A DNA stretch of 64,000 nt from Orbicella franksi (taxonomy: Eukaryota): positions 3,906,001-3,970,000 of the forward strand of contig OZ116712.1 in the NCBI GenBank assembly GCA_964199315.1, read 5' to 3'. Both the position numbers and the translations under genes were made by a program. The notes beneath the pieces were generated by a model. It saw only the letters and a list, made by a program, of their open reading frames with translations. It ran no database searches and was not told the DNA's origin. Each line of letters begins with the position of its first letter. Position 1 is the first letter of the stretch. Positions 37,501-44,137 of the stretch are shown here, piece after piece.

Positions 37501-38990
37501 AAGATTGTGTTAAGACTTTGTCTAGAAAATTAAACTCTGAACACTGGCCGATATAGTTCCTCTTTCAGGTTCTAAAGATATTATAGATCGCCAATATCAT
37601 TTATTACTACATAACAAAAATTAATGCAGATATGAAAAGTAGTTCAAGTTGTGTGACCGTTACGCTACTGATTTTACAAGTGGGTATTGGCAACTGTAAC
37701 AATTTATGTACCATAATTTTAGCAGATAAATATAATTAACAAAGTAATATAGAACAACAAATCAAACCTCCAAACTTGACTATATCAAAAATTTTCATTG
37801 AAATGATACTTACAATCTCCTTTGCAAACTTGTCACATAATTTTTATAGTTTTATACTGTTATGCAATATTATTATAATAACAATTTTTTTTTATAATGA
37901 CAGCCCAATATATAATATGATGTAAAGAGCTGACATGTCTACAGATGTCTTTATTGATTTCTTTGAACTATAAATCTTATGTTGTCACTAAATTAAAAAA
38001 ATAAATAACTGTTTTGCATAGACCCGCCATGGGGAATTTATCAATTGGATTTATATCAATAAATCATAAACAGATAACTTATTTGCCCTCTATTAAAGAA
38101 AGGTATATATTTAGATAATTTGCACATTATGTTGTTAGCAACATAACTTTAACTTTACAGACAGTTTATCTGGGATTTACTGCGCAGAAAACAAAGCCCA
38201 ATTTGTCACGCCCAAAATCTGCTGTTAATAAACAAGTAAGCTTAATTTTTTAGCACGCTTTAGATCACATGAATGAACTAAACGACAGCATATTCGATAT
38301 AGCACTGTCGCGGACAACATCGAAAGGCAAGCTTACTTCTGTAAACACCGCAAGATTGTTGATGAATAAATCCAATTATGTTTCATAAAAACCGATTCAT
38401 AACCCTCTCGAATTAACAATGGTTGCTGCACCCTCGCCAAAATGTTTGTTTGAAAGCGCCGTACAATTGTATAACAATGCAAAACACGTGTTGAGAACGC
38501 GGCGAGGTTTCTCGTTCAAATTGTGAGCGAACTGCATTGTGATTGAAATACGAGTCCGTAGCTTTCTTCTTCCAGTTACAAGTCGAAGATTTTGGACTTG
38601 AGATAAAGAAAACTTCACTGAAAGACACAATAAAGCGACGGCCTGTCATGACCTCGTGTACCTCGAGAAGATCGATTACGCAGAATTTTAATACGCGCAC
38701 AGTCGCCTGCACTGACACAACTTCATTTAACTAAATTACCCCACTACAAAGCAAATTCCCTATGTCAAGACTATAAAACAGAGTATAACATTCAGGACAT
38801 GGCAAGGAGAAACACTGTAAGAACAGCATTTGAGGGTTTCAGAAGCCGAGACCATTGTAATCACGAAAGTTAACTTACTTTGAGCAAAATTAATCTTACC
38901 GTTTGAGGGCAGAGAGCAAGCAATGCAGGTGGACAAAATGAGTACAACAATTCTGTAAACGGCAGAACTCGGAAGAACCATGTCTCTCAT
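547..38990 (-). CDS. LRP2: Megalin/LRP2-like LDL receptor-related protein, 5' part (35 exons, ~2480 aa; continues left of the window)
   Basis: Manually joined GT-AG exons stay in frame from ATG 38990 to 547. Order: signal peptide, LDLa x6, EGF x2, YWTD, EGF, YWTD, EGF, LDLa x8, EGF x2, (YWTD-EGF) x3, YWTD. A large first LDLa cluster resembles LRP2 (7) more than LRP1 (2). Orthology is inferred from architecture only. Confidence 0.85.
1016..1671. mobile_element. Non-autonomous TIR element with TTAA TSD (Kolobok-like)
   Basis: TTAA-GGACTTTCGCGC ... GCGCGAACGTCC-TTAA. Confidence 0.7.
1824..1992 (-). CDS. LRP2: LRP2-like exon 34: propeller 6
   Basis: [34 protein letters not shown]...; phase 1-2. 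Confidence 0.92.
2054..4367. mobile_element. Tandem dimer (~1.15 kb x2) of a non-autonomous element with a long terminal hairpin (Crypton-like, inferred)
   Basis: Copies ~2054-3200 and ~3212-4367 align end to end. Each starts with a ~130-bp palindrome, followed by a TTATTATATGGCT...AGCCATATAATAA inverted pair. Flanks are TAA-rich. Confidence 0.75.
5217..5473. mobile_element. ~240-bp MITE family (Kolobok-like), copy
   Basis: Shared core GTTCGTCGTTTGTAATCCGTG..AATCTTCTCC..TTAACCATCC with copies at ~820, ~12992, ~15183, 15363, ~18915. Confidence 0.7.
5508..5779 (-). CDS. LRP2: LRP2-like exon 33: EGF end and propeller 6 start
   Basis: [26 protein letters not shown]...[16 protein letters not shown]. 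Confidence 0.95.
6266..6536 (-). CDS. LRP2: LRP2-like exon 32: propeller 5 end and EGF start
   Basis: [20 protein letters not shown]...[24 protein letters not shown]. Confidence 0.95.
6590..7050. repeat. ~105-bp tandem minisatellite, 4-5 degenerate units
   Basis: Recurring GAACCACCTTG..CAGCATAATAAACAGTACCACATGAAAGTACTGCTCAA..CTTTCATTTG. Confidence 0.8.
7182..7464 (-). CDS. LRP2: LRP2-like exon 31: propeller 5
   Basis: [14 protein letters not shown]...[19 protein letters not shown]...VYWVDESLD. Confidence 0.95.
8298..8569 (-). CDS. LRP2: LRP2-like exon 30: propeller 5
   Basis: EIHGISLD...FAVDFYF...LFYADD...[24 protein letters not shown]; phase 1-0. Confidence 0.95.
9329..9490 (-). CDS. LRP2: LRP2-like exon 29: EGF
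   Basis: [54 protein letters not shown]. Confidence 0.95.
10085..10473 (-). CDS. LRP2: LRP2-like exon 28: propeller 4 end
   Basis: [16 protein letters not shown]...LYWCDAG...LYWTDW...KENQA. Confidence 0.95.
10742..10913 (-). CDS. LRP2: LRP2-like exon 27: propeller 4
   Basis: [23 protein letters not shown]...[11 protein letters not shown]. Confidence 0.95.
11235..11545. repeat. Dispersed repeat family (AGCGTAGCCAATCAGAGAACGG...TAGAACGCTA end)
   Basis: Similar sequence at ~60935-61222 (same orientation), ~5915-6130 (reverse) and partially ~15965-16100. Confidence 0.65.
11610..11834 (-). CDS. LRP2: LRP2-like exon 26: propeller 4 start
   Basis: [19 protein letters not shown]...[17 protein letters not shown]; pyrimidine tract + CAG acceptor at 11835. 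Confidence 0.92.
12561..12677 (-). CDS. LRP2: LRP2-like exon 25: EGF (absent from ORF track)
   Basis: [39 protein letters not shown]; phase 1-1. Confidence 0.95.
12992..13231. mobile_element. ~240-bp MITE family (Kolobok-like), copy
   Basis: TTAAAGGAACCACGTCAC start; same core as the other copies. Confidence 0.7.
13328..13596 (-). CDS. LRP2: LRP2-like exon 24: propeller 3 end
   Basis: [19 protein letters not shown]...VFWSDW...[14 protein letters not shown]. Confidence 0.95.
13703..13950 (+). mobile_element. tRNA-derived SINE, CpG-intact copy
   Basis: A box TGGCGCAGTGG, B box GTTCGATTCC, AT-rich tail; second copy at ~34283. Confidence 0.85.
13982..14116 (-). CDS. LRP2: LRP2-like exon 23: propeller 3
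   Basis: [44 protein letters not shown]. Confidence 0.95.
14657..14810 (-). CDS. LRP2: LRP2-like exon 22: propeller 3 (absent from ORF track)
   Basis: [52 protein letters not shown]; phase 1-2. Confidence 0.95.
15363..15596. mobile_element. ~240-bp MITE (Kolobok-like), intact copy with TTAA TSD
   Basis: TTAA-AGGGGCTCAGTCACGG ... CCGTGACTGAACTCCT-TTAA; abuts an oppositely oriented truncated copy at ~15183-15358. Confidence 0.8.
15671..15910 (-). CDS. LRP2: LRP2-like exon 21: propeller 3 start
   Basis: [14 protein letters not shown]...[17 protein letters not shown]. Confidence 0.95.
16745..16930 (-). CDS. LRP2: LRP2-like exon 20: EGF and Ca-binding EGF
   Basis: [58 protein letters not shown]. 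Confidence 0.95.
17706..17897 (-). CDS. LRP2: LRP2-like exon 19: LDLa (cluster II, 8) and first half of EGF
   Basis: [59 protein letters not shown]. Confidence 0.95.
17987..18140. mobile_element. Tc1/mariner-type MITE
   Basis: TA-CAG...CTG-TA termini with internal TGGCCGCTTAA repeats. Confidence 0.6.
18488..18730 (-). CDS. LRP2: LRP2-like exon 18: two LDLa
   Basis: [73 protein letters not shown]. Confidence 0.95.
18915..19168. mobile_element. ~240-bp MITE family (Kolobok-like), copy
   Basis: TTTAAAAGAGCACAGTCAC ... GAGTAGCTCCTTAAA; same orientation as the 15363 copy. Confidence 0.7.
19660..19945. mobile_element. MITE family CCGTCCACACTACGCCGG..AATTTGAAAACG, copy
   Basis: Same family at 41645/44511-44790 (interrupted), 45670-46095 and 61738-62100. 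Confidence 0.75.
19970..20203 (-). CDS. LRP2: LRP2-like exon 17: two LDLa
   Basis: [38 protein letters not shown] plus a second repeat; phase 1-1. Confidence 0.95.
20488..20785. mobile_element. ~295-bp MITE
   Basis: AATAGACCATTTTACAG ... CTGTAAAATGGCTTATT inverted ends; internal GGAGGTGACCTTG/CAAGGTCACCTCC pair. Confidence 0.6.
20792..21402. mobile_element. Tc1/mariner-type MITE with subterminal CCGTTACTTTCGG arrays
   Basis: TA-CGTAGAATTCCGAAAATAACGG ... CCGTTACTTTCGGAATTCTACAG-TA. Confidence 0.75.
21441..21683 (-). CDS. LRP2: LRP2-like exon 16: two LDLa
   Basis: [29 protein letters not shown]...[36 protein letters not shown]. Confidence 0.95.
22281..22424 (-). CDS. LRP2: LRP2-like exon 15: LDLa (cluster II, 1)
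   Basis: [40 protein letters not shown]. Confidence 0.93.
22565..22632. repeat. (AAC)n microsatellite with AACGAC variants
   Basis: Directly visible. Confidence 0.95.
23150..23275 (-). CDS. LRP2: LRP2-like exon 14: EGF (first Cys position is Tyr)
   Basis: [42 protein letters not shown]. Confidence 0.93.
24051..24442 (-). CDS. LRP2: LRP2-like exon 13: propeller 2
   Basis: [20 protein letters not shown]...LYWADARLD...IYWTDW...AKQT(G); phase 2-1. Confidence 0.96.
24740..24992. repeat. Dispersed repeat (TTTGGAAATGTGGTCAAACACGGTCTTTCGTGTTTGATAT end)
   Basis: Related copies at ~18330-18480 and ~36830-36985. Confidence 0.65.
25057..25977 (-). CDS. LRP2: LRP2-like exon 12 (921 nt): end of propeller 1, EGF, start of propeller 2
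   Basis: [14 protein letters not shown]...IYWAD...LYFSDW...EGF...[15 protein letters not shown]...[11 protein letters not shown]. Confidence 0.97.
26227..26420 (-). CDS. LRP2: LRP2-like exon 11: YWTD propeller 1
   Basis: [29 protein letters not shown]...[12 protein letters not shown]; phase 0-2. Confidence 0.95.
27035..27252 (-). CDS. LRP2: LRP2-like exon 10: YWTD propeller 1 start
   Basis: [13 protein letters not shown]...[16 protein letters not shown]; phase 1-0. Confidence 0.93.
27327..27449 (-). CDS. LRP2: LRP2-like exon 9: Ca-binding EGF
   Basis: [41 protein letters not shown]. Confidence 0.95.
27946..28065 (-). CDS. LRP2: LRP2-like exon 8: EGF
   Basis: [39 protein letters not shown]. 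Confidence 0.95.
28690..28812 (-). CDS. LRP2: LRP2-like exon 7: LDLa 6
   Basis: [40 protein letters not shown]. Confidence 0.95.
29646..29765 (-). CDS. LRP2: LRP2-like exon 6: LDLa 5
   Basis: [39 protein letters not shown]; phase 1-1. Confidence 0.93.
30169..30282 (-). CDS. LRP2: LRP2-like exon 5: LDLa 4
   Basis: [37 protein letters not shown]; CAG acceptor, GTAAGT donor. Confidence 0.95.
31183..31308 (-). CDS. LRP2: LRP2-like exon 4: LDLa 3 (absent from ORF track)
   Basis: [41 protein letters not shown]; TAG acceptor, GTGAGT donor. Confidence 0.95.
32347..32463 (-). CDS. LRP2: LRP2-like exon 3: LDLa 2
   Basis: [38 protein letters not shown]; phase 1-1. Confidence 0.95.
33087..33200 (-). 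CDS. LRP2: LRP2-like exon 2: LDLa 1
   Basis: [37 protein letters not shown]; AG/GT boundaries, phase 1-1. Confidence 0.95.
34283..34545 (+). mobile_element. tRNA-derived SINE, CpG-decayed copy
   Basis: Colinear with the 13703 copy, with many CG changed to TG/CA. Confidence 0.85.
36394..36689 (-). mobile_element. tRNA-headed SINE of a second family, with 12-bp TSD
   Basis: Minus strand GGGAGGTGCGGTGGCCTCATGG...GGTTCGAGCCC...GTGTTCTTGGGCAAGACAC; TCTTGTACTAAT repeated at 36382-36393 and 36690-36701. Confidence 0.88.
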
Positions 38991-39420
38991 GAGATGTAAT
39001 GCTCACTTTCACAAGTTATGATGGCATTGTACCGGCCGCTGCAGGCACAGAAGTACTTCGTTCGCTGAAGTCCGCCTCACGGTCCGCGCGTGATACTAAC
39101 TGAGCGTGACCTCAGATGTCGGCGCGGCGGACTTCTACGGATTTTTATTAACATGCAAATATCGGGCTCAATGACTCTGCTTATCGCCCGCATATCTGGG
39201 TACGACTGATTTCACAGGGACATAATACGCGTTTTCCAGAGACATATTACACGATGAGCGCATTTCTGTAAAAGAACAACTTTAACCTCGCAGACATTCC
39301 CCGTCAGATGCGGTGGTTAATGGTCTTTCCGGGCTTCTAATGGTGTTGGATTTCATCTATATATTCGCCACTTGTTTCATCGGCGCCCGCAAATTTGAGA
39401 ATGTGTATGATAATATCTAC
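38200..39420 (-). promoter_or_regulatory. CpG-rich promoter/first-exon region of the LRP2-like gene
   Basis: Visibly CpG-rich around exon 1, switching to CpG-poor sequence below ~38200; boundaries approximate. Confidence 0.55.
38900..38990 (-). CDS. LRP2: LRP2-like exon 1: signal peptide
   Basis: [30 protein letters not shown](G): basic N-region, hydrophobic core; GTAAG donor, phase 1, joins exon 2 in frame. Confidence 0.85.
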
Positions 39421-41968
39421 AAGCGCGATAGACGAAACATCCCTGCCTATAGCTTAGCAATTAGCCGCGTAAAATTTAAATGTCACTGAGTTAATTTTTA
39501 ACAGACTTGCACAGGGTGCAAAAGGCTATCGCAAAATACCCAGGACGAAATACGCCCAGACAAAAGTGTTTTTCTTTTCTTTTTTTTTTTTGTTCTCGTT
39601 CAAAAAAATAACGGTAGCTAATCACCAATCAAGCAAGAACGCTTTAATTTTGCTAGTAGGTACAAAATTTCGAAGTTTGGCACTCATAGTTAACCAGTTT
39701 TTCAGCTGTTTGAAGACCTTTGAAGACTGCAAAGTCTTTTACAACTCAATATTGTTAATGAACAAAGATGTTTTTGCAGCGATCTGGTTAGGCGAGGCCT
39801 GCGGCATGCCTAGCTGAGTGTTTTTTTCTTTTTTTTTTTAATCGAGCTGTTTATCTATAGTACACTGATAGTATACTATACAAAAATTCCAGCCAAGTAT
39901 GTAATGTCTACCCCCACCGCAAATATGCTTGGAGTTATTACATATTGCTCTTCCAACCTGAGTTGCAGCAATCATTTTTTGCGCTATCTGTTCGATGATC
40001 AGTGCGAAATAGCGACAGAAATTTGGCAATACTAGTTCCATATATGTGACTGGCCTTAGGGACGAAATCGCAATATACCAGTTGAAAATTAAGCTACGCA
40101 TCGACCAAAGATTCAGGAGATATCACCGATACACAACCCCGTCAGTCGAGTCTTCTGATTATTAACGTACCCAAATTCGCAATTAGCCAATCAGAAGCCG
40201 TGTCCACTGTCCTGATATCCTGCGATATCGAGTCACTCCAGTCCTGACCTGATGTGGCTACGATATCATGCTCGTTTGGGTACGGTTAATCGTGCCGTTT
40301 AGCTGACGCTTAGGCGGCATAAGAGGTTCTCATATCAGGCTCGTTTGTTATGACCATGGGTATTTTGGCTCGACTACGTCTCCCCAAAATACAAACCATT
40401 GCTCGACCAAACGCTACCGAAGCGCACCAAAAAGGTACGATTAGGTAAAAGAAACCGGACGACCAGGTTAAAGCCTTTCAGGCGCCTTATGCCGGTCATT
40501 TTCACGGCTAGCTTTTTGTTGGCTTCGAGATCGTACGTAGGTCCGCGAGGCATACCAGAAGCCTTCGGAGTGCAAACAGCGACCTGCCATAATTTTGTTG
40601 TTTATATTTTTAGAGCGGTTTTCACTTGAGTGTCAAACTTAACTCGCATTTCATGTTTGATTTGCATTACTACGCTACACGGTTAGCCTAAAAAAAAACT
40701 CCCGCTCTTTCCTGCGCATCGCAACCTGTGTTTGCTTGGAGTTTTGATTTTCTCAGTGGATTGTCTCTGTCCTTTTTGCGATTGTCCAAAGTGATAAATT
40801 TGGTTATGGTTTTGATTTTACGATGCTCCACTGAACGCCGCCCCAACAAAAGAAAAGTTTGACTCGTTATGGTCCACAGTGTAGCAGGCAATCACGTTGT
40901 TGGATACGCGTAGTAGTATAGTTGTGAGTTCTAACTTATAGTAGAACATAGAGTTGCTGTTGGAAGAAGTATAGAAAATGAAAAAGCGTAGAAAATGAAA
41001 CAGAAAATGAAAAAGAAAAAAATGAAAGAAAATGAAAAAGCGTACATTAAACTCACTGCGGTGGGTGCCGAACGTCACACACTGGGGGTCGAAATGCGGC
41101 GACTGACGTGAGATGGAGCAAGCCCCTTCGTGTAGACTCATGACACGCACTTTGCAGGCACCGAGAATTATGTTGTTTGCCAGTGCAGAGCACACGTTGC
41201 GACATCGAAAATTGAGTTATATATGTCAATGCTTTACGACGCTCGAATTTAAAATCCCTAAATTTCATGCAACAAGCTGCGCAGAAAAAATTTGCCTCCG
41301 CAACAAAACCTTTTCACATGCAAAAACGGGCGCTTTCGCATGAAAAAAAAGTGTCGCCAAAACAGGTCCCCATTTGATGTCCCCTCAATAAATAAAATGC
41401 CCCCAATGTGTGGTGACCTCGAAGTGTAGGCAACAGTCGTAAAAGCCATACGAAAACGAATAAAAAGCAACTGTCCATCTTCTTTAACCCGATTTTTGCG
41501 GTTCTTTTTAGTACGCTGGAATCTTCAAAATTCAAAAATTTCTGCGGCTTTGTAGAATCTATAAATGTCTCAATAGATCAACAATGGGAATTTTGAAAAT
41601 TCAGAACGATAAAAAGCAAGATGTTTATTATCATTCTAAGCAAGATCCGTTCACACTAGGGACCGTTCATTTTTTATAAGGTAGGGGGGGCTGGTGGGAT
41701 TTGGGGGGGGGGCCATGCGAAAAAAAATGGCTTTCGAGGGGGGGCCATCCCAAAAAAATTAGGGAAAAAGGGGGGGTCATGTGAAATATTTTAGTAAAAC
41801 TTTAAAATGGCATAATGTTTGAATATCAAAAAAATTGCTATAGAATAAACATAGAAGGCAGGATACAAATTTATTACAAACTCTCCTGCTTTAAAAAAAC
41901 GTTTGGCGACAAAAAGCATTTGTAGCTACTGAAAAGAAGTATTTAACACTTATTTTCGAATGCAACTT

Positions 41969-42907
41969 TCACTGGCACTCATCTTCATCTTCGCTGTCGT
42001 CGAGTTCTTCGTTGCCGCTTGTGCTGCTATGGGAGTCTCTTTCACCAATGCTGCAAGAAGCAGCAATGCTTTCCGTCAGAGTGTACTCTTCAGGGTACAT
42101 GAAGGTGTAAACATAATCTCTGACTTCCTGCTCAAGGTTTGTGGTGATTCTGCTTCTTGCAGCATTGGTGAAATAATTCCCTTCCAAGAGCTGTGCGATG
42201 TATGGCCCATCTCTTCTAAATAACGACGTGGCAACATCCACAACTTTAATACACTCTTCCGGGACGGCCGTTCTAGGAGGATACACAAGGCATTTTGGAA
42301 AATCATTTCCTAGCAGGTTTCCAACACAGATTCCATAAACTCGTTGGACGTTGTTTTCAGTCCGCTTCTTCTTTCTTTCATTTGACTTTCTGTGGTTTTC
42401 TTTTTTCCTTCTCCTTTTGTTGATGTGTTGTTTGAGTATGCCCTTGAATATGCTGTTATAATTGCTCTTCTTATTTTCTAGTGCTTCCGTGTCCTGCGTG
42501 ACCTTCATCAACTTAGCTTCTATACATTTGATCTGTTTTACATTAAAACTGTGGGCAAATTCTTCGCCCTGCTTCAAAGCAAGCCAATTGGACTGAAAGA
42601 GTGTGGAAACGTGTTCCTTTACATCTTTCAATATGACATTCAACTTTTCCACCATTGCTCTGTGCTCTTTGATGGAGAAGTTCAGTTTTCGTCCATCACT
42701 GGGCTTCAACTGGTACCCTGGCATGGAAAACTCACTCGCCCTTTCTGAACAGCCATCCGCACTTAGAAAGATTGCTTCTTTTGCTTGTAAGATGTCAAAC
42801 TGCCTGGATCGTTCAGCTGTAAACCTTTTCTTAAACGACTCGTTGCTTTCGCCATTATTGCGCATTTTGGAATGAGCCTCTTTCATGATGCTCATGTAGT
42901 AATGCAC
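41969..42907 (-). CDS. Transposon-borne ORF A, ~310 aa, unknown function
   Basis: Uninterrupted 312-codon frame inside the TIRs, with a coiled-coil-like middle, basic KRRRKK..RKKKR stretch and acidic tail. Family not recognised. Confidence 0.6.
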   Translation of the reverse strand: MHYYMSIMKEAHSKMRNNGESNESFKKRFTAERSRQFDILQAKEAIFLSADGCSERASEFSMPGYQLKPSDGRKLNFSIKEHRAMVEKLNVILKDVKEHVSTLFQSNWLALKQGEEFAHSFNVKQIKCIEAKLMKVTQDTEALENKKSNYNSIFKGILKQHINKRRRKKENHRKSNERKKKRTENNVQRVYGICVGNLLGNDFPKCLVYPPRTAVPEECIKVVDVATSLFRRDGPYIAQLLEGNYFTNAARSRITTNLEQEVRDYVYTFMYPEEYTLTESIAASCSIGERDSHSSTSGNEELDDSEDEDECQ

Positions 42908-43288
42908 TCTTTTCCCGATTGGAAAAGCCCTTCATGGGTATGTTATGGTTTAAATTTAGTTTTGGCTAAAATTTTCAAACCAATTGGATTCTCATTTCTC
43001 TTTGTTCTGAATTATGACAATGAACTTGAGACATTGAAAATTAAGAAATTTTAAACCATAGATAAATTTAAACCATAACAAGTATGCTAAACTTTATAAA
43101 AAGTAATCCACTATTTGCAAGATTTGAGAACACTCATAGCTTTTTGTTCTACCTGCACAGGGCAACATTTAAACATGCCTGTCACTAGAGTAGAGGGGAA
43201 AACCTTCCAAATAAAGACATCTGTAAATTAAATGTAACAATGTGTTTCACACAACGCATCAACAGATTTCCAGTTTTCTCATAACACT

Positions 43289-44137
43289 TTGTACTTGGTT
43301 CAGTATCACAATGCAGGAGCAAGGAAAGACTCTGTTCCAGGCCACTGTTACTTCCGTAAGATTGAGAAGTTTATGAATGAGCACTATGAGGAGGGGGAGA
43401 ACTACAGGGAGTTTCTAAAGTTGTCCTGTCAGGAAAAGGAAGGAGAAATTTGTTCTCTTTGTTGTGAATGGACTGGACCACCCATAGAAAGATACCCTAA
43501 ACCAGTTCCTGACCATTCCTGCCTACCGGAATACCATTACCTCTCCTACCAGAAGACCCCAAAAGAAGGGCGTGATCCAGATGACTGGCAGCTAAGGGTC
43601 CAAGCGAAGAAAGAGCATGGAAGTGGCAGGCTGGTTTTATCTGACCCAGAGAGCGTTGCTCTGTTTGCAGATAAGTTTATTGTCAAATCAAAGTTTGTGG
43701 TGGATTATCTTCAGCATCTTGAAGTGCTGGAATTAAAAAGGAAAAAGAGAGCAGGAGAAAAGGCAAAGTTAAGTAGGGACGCAAAATATAAATCACATGA
43801 GGATTATCCTTGGACTGAGTTGTGCGAAGATCTAACCAAGCTTAAAAAGCTCCGTGTTCCAGAACTAAACAAATACTTGAACCACCAGGGGCTGAAGCAG
43901 CATTTGAAACGCAGCAAGAGTGAGAAAGTAAAGGCAATTGTAAGACATTCATGCTTGCAGCAGAAGAGTCTTATCAGAGCTGGCCAACCAACACTGAGAA
44001 ATGCCAGGACATTGACACAAAATGACGACAGGGCAAGTGCTGACAGCAATGAAATGGATGGAAGTGACAATGATGAGTATGACAGTGATGCCATTGACTC
44101 TCGGGGAGAAGACTCAACAACTCATCAATTCAGATGA
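43289..44137 (+). pseudogene. Transposon ORF B: probable 5'-deleted C-terminal part of a transposase-like protein
   Basis: C/H-rich segment (C-x7-C-x2-CC), helical SAP-like tail (LKKLRVPELNKYL..GL..SKSEKVKAIVRH), acidic end. No true ATG; preceded by acceptor-like sites. The natural C-terminus appears in another frame (DEKDANERPNATRSG*AITRR). Confidence 0.5.

Noticed and set aside
38397-38734. Three overlapping 63-101 aa ORFs near LRP exon 1
   Set aside because: No recognisable domain; consistent with chance ORFs in GC-richer promoter-proximal DNA.
41960-42875. Plus-strand ORFs 41960-42223, 42551-42748 and 42603-42875
   Set aside because: Antisense shadows of the longer minus-strand ORF A.
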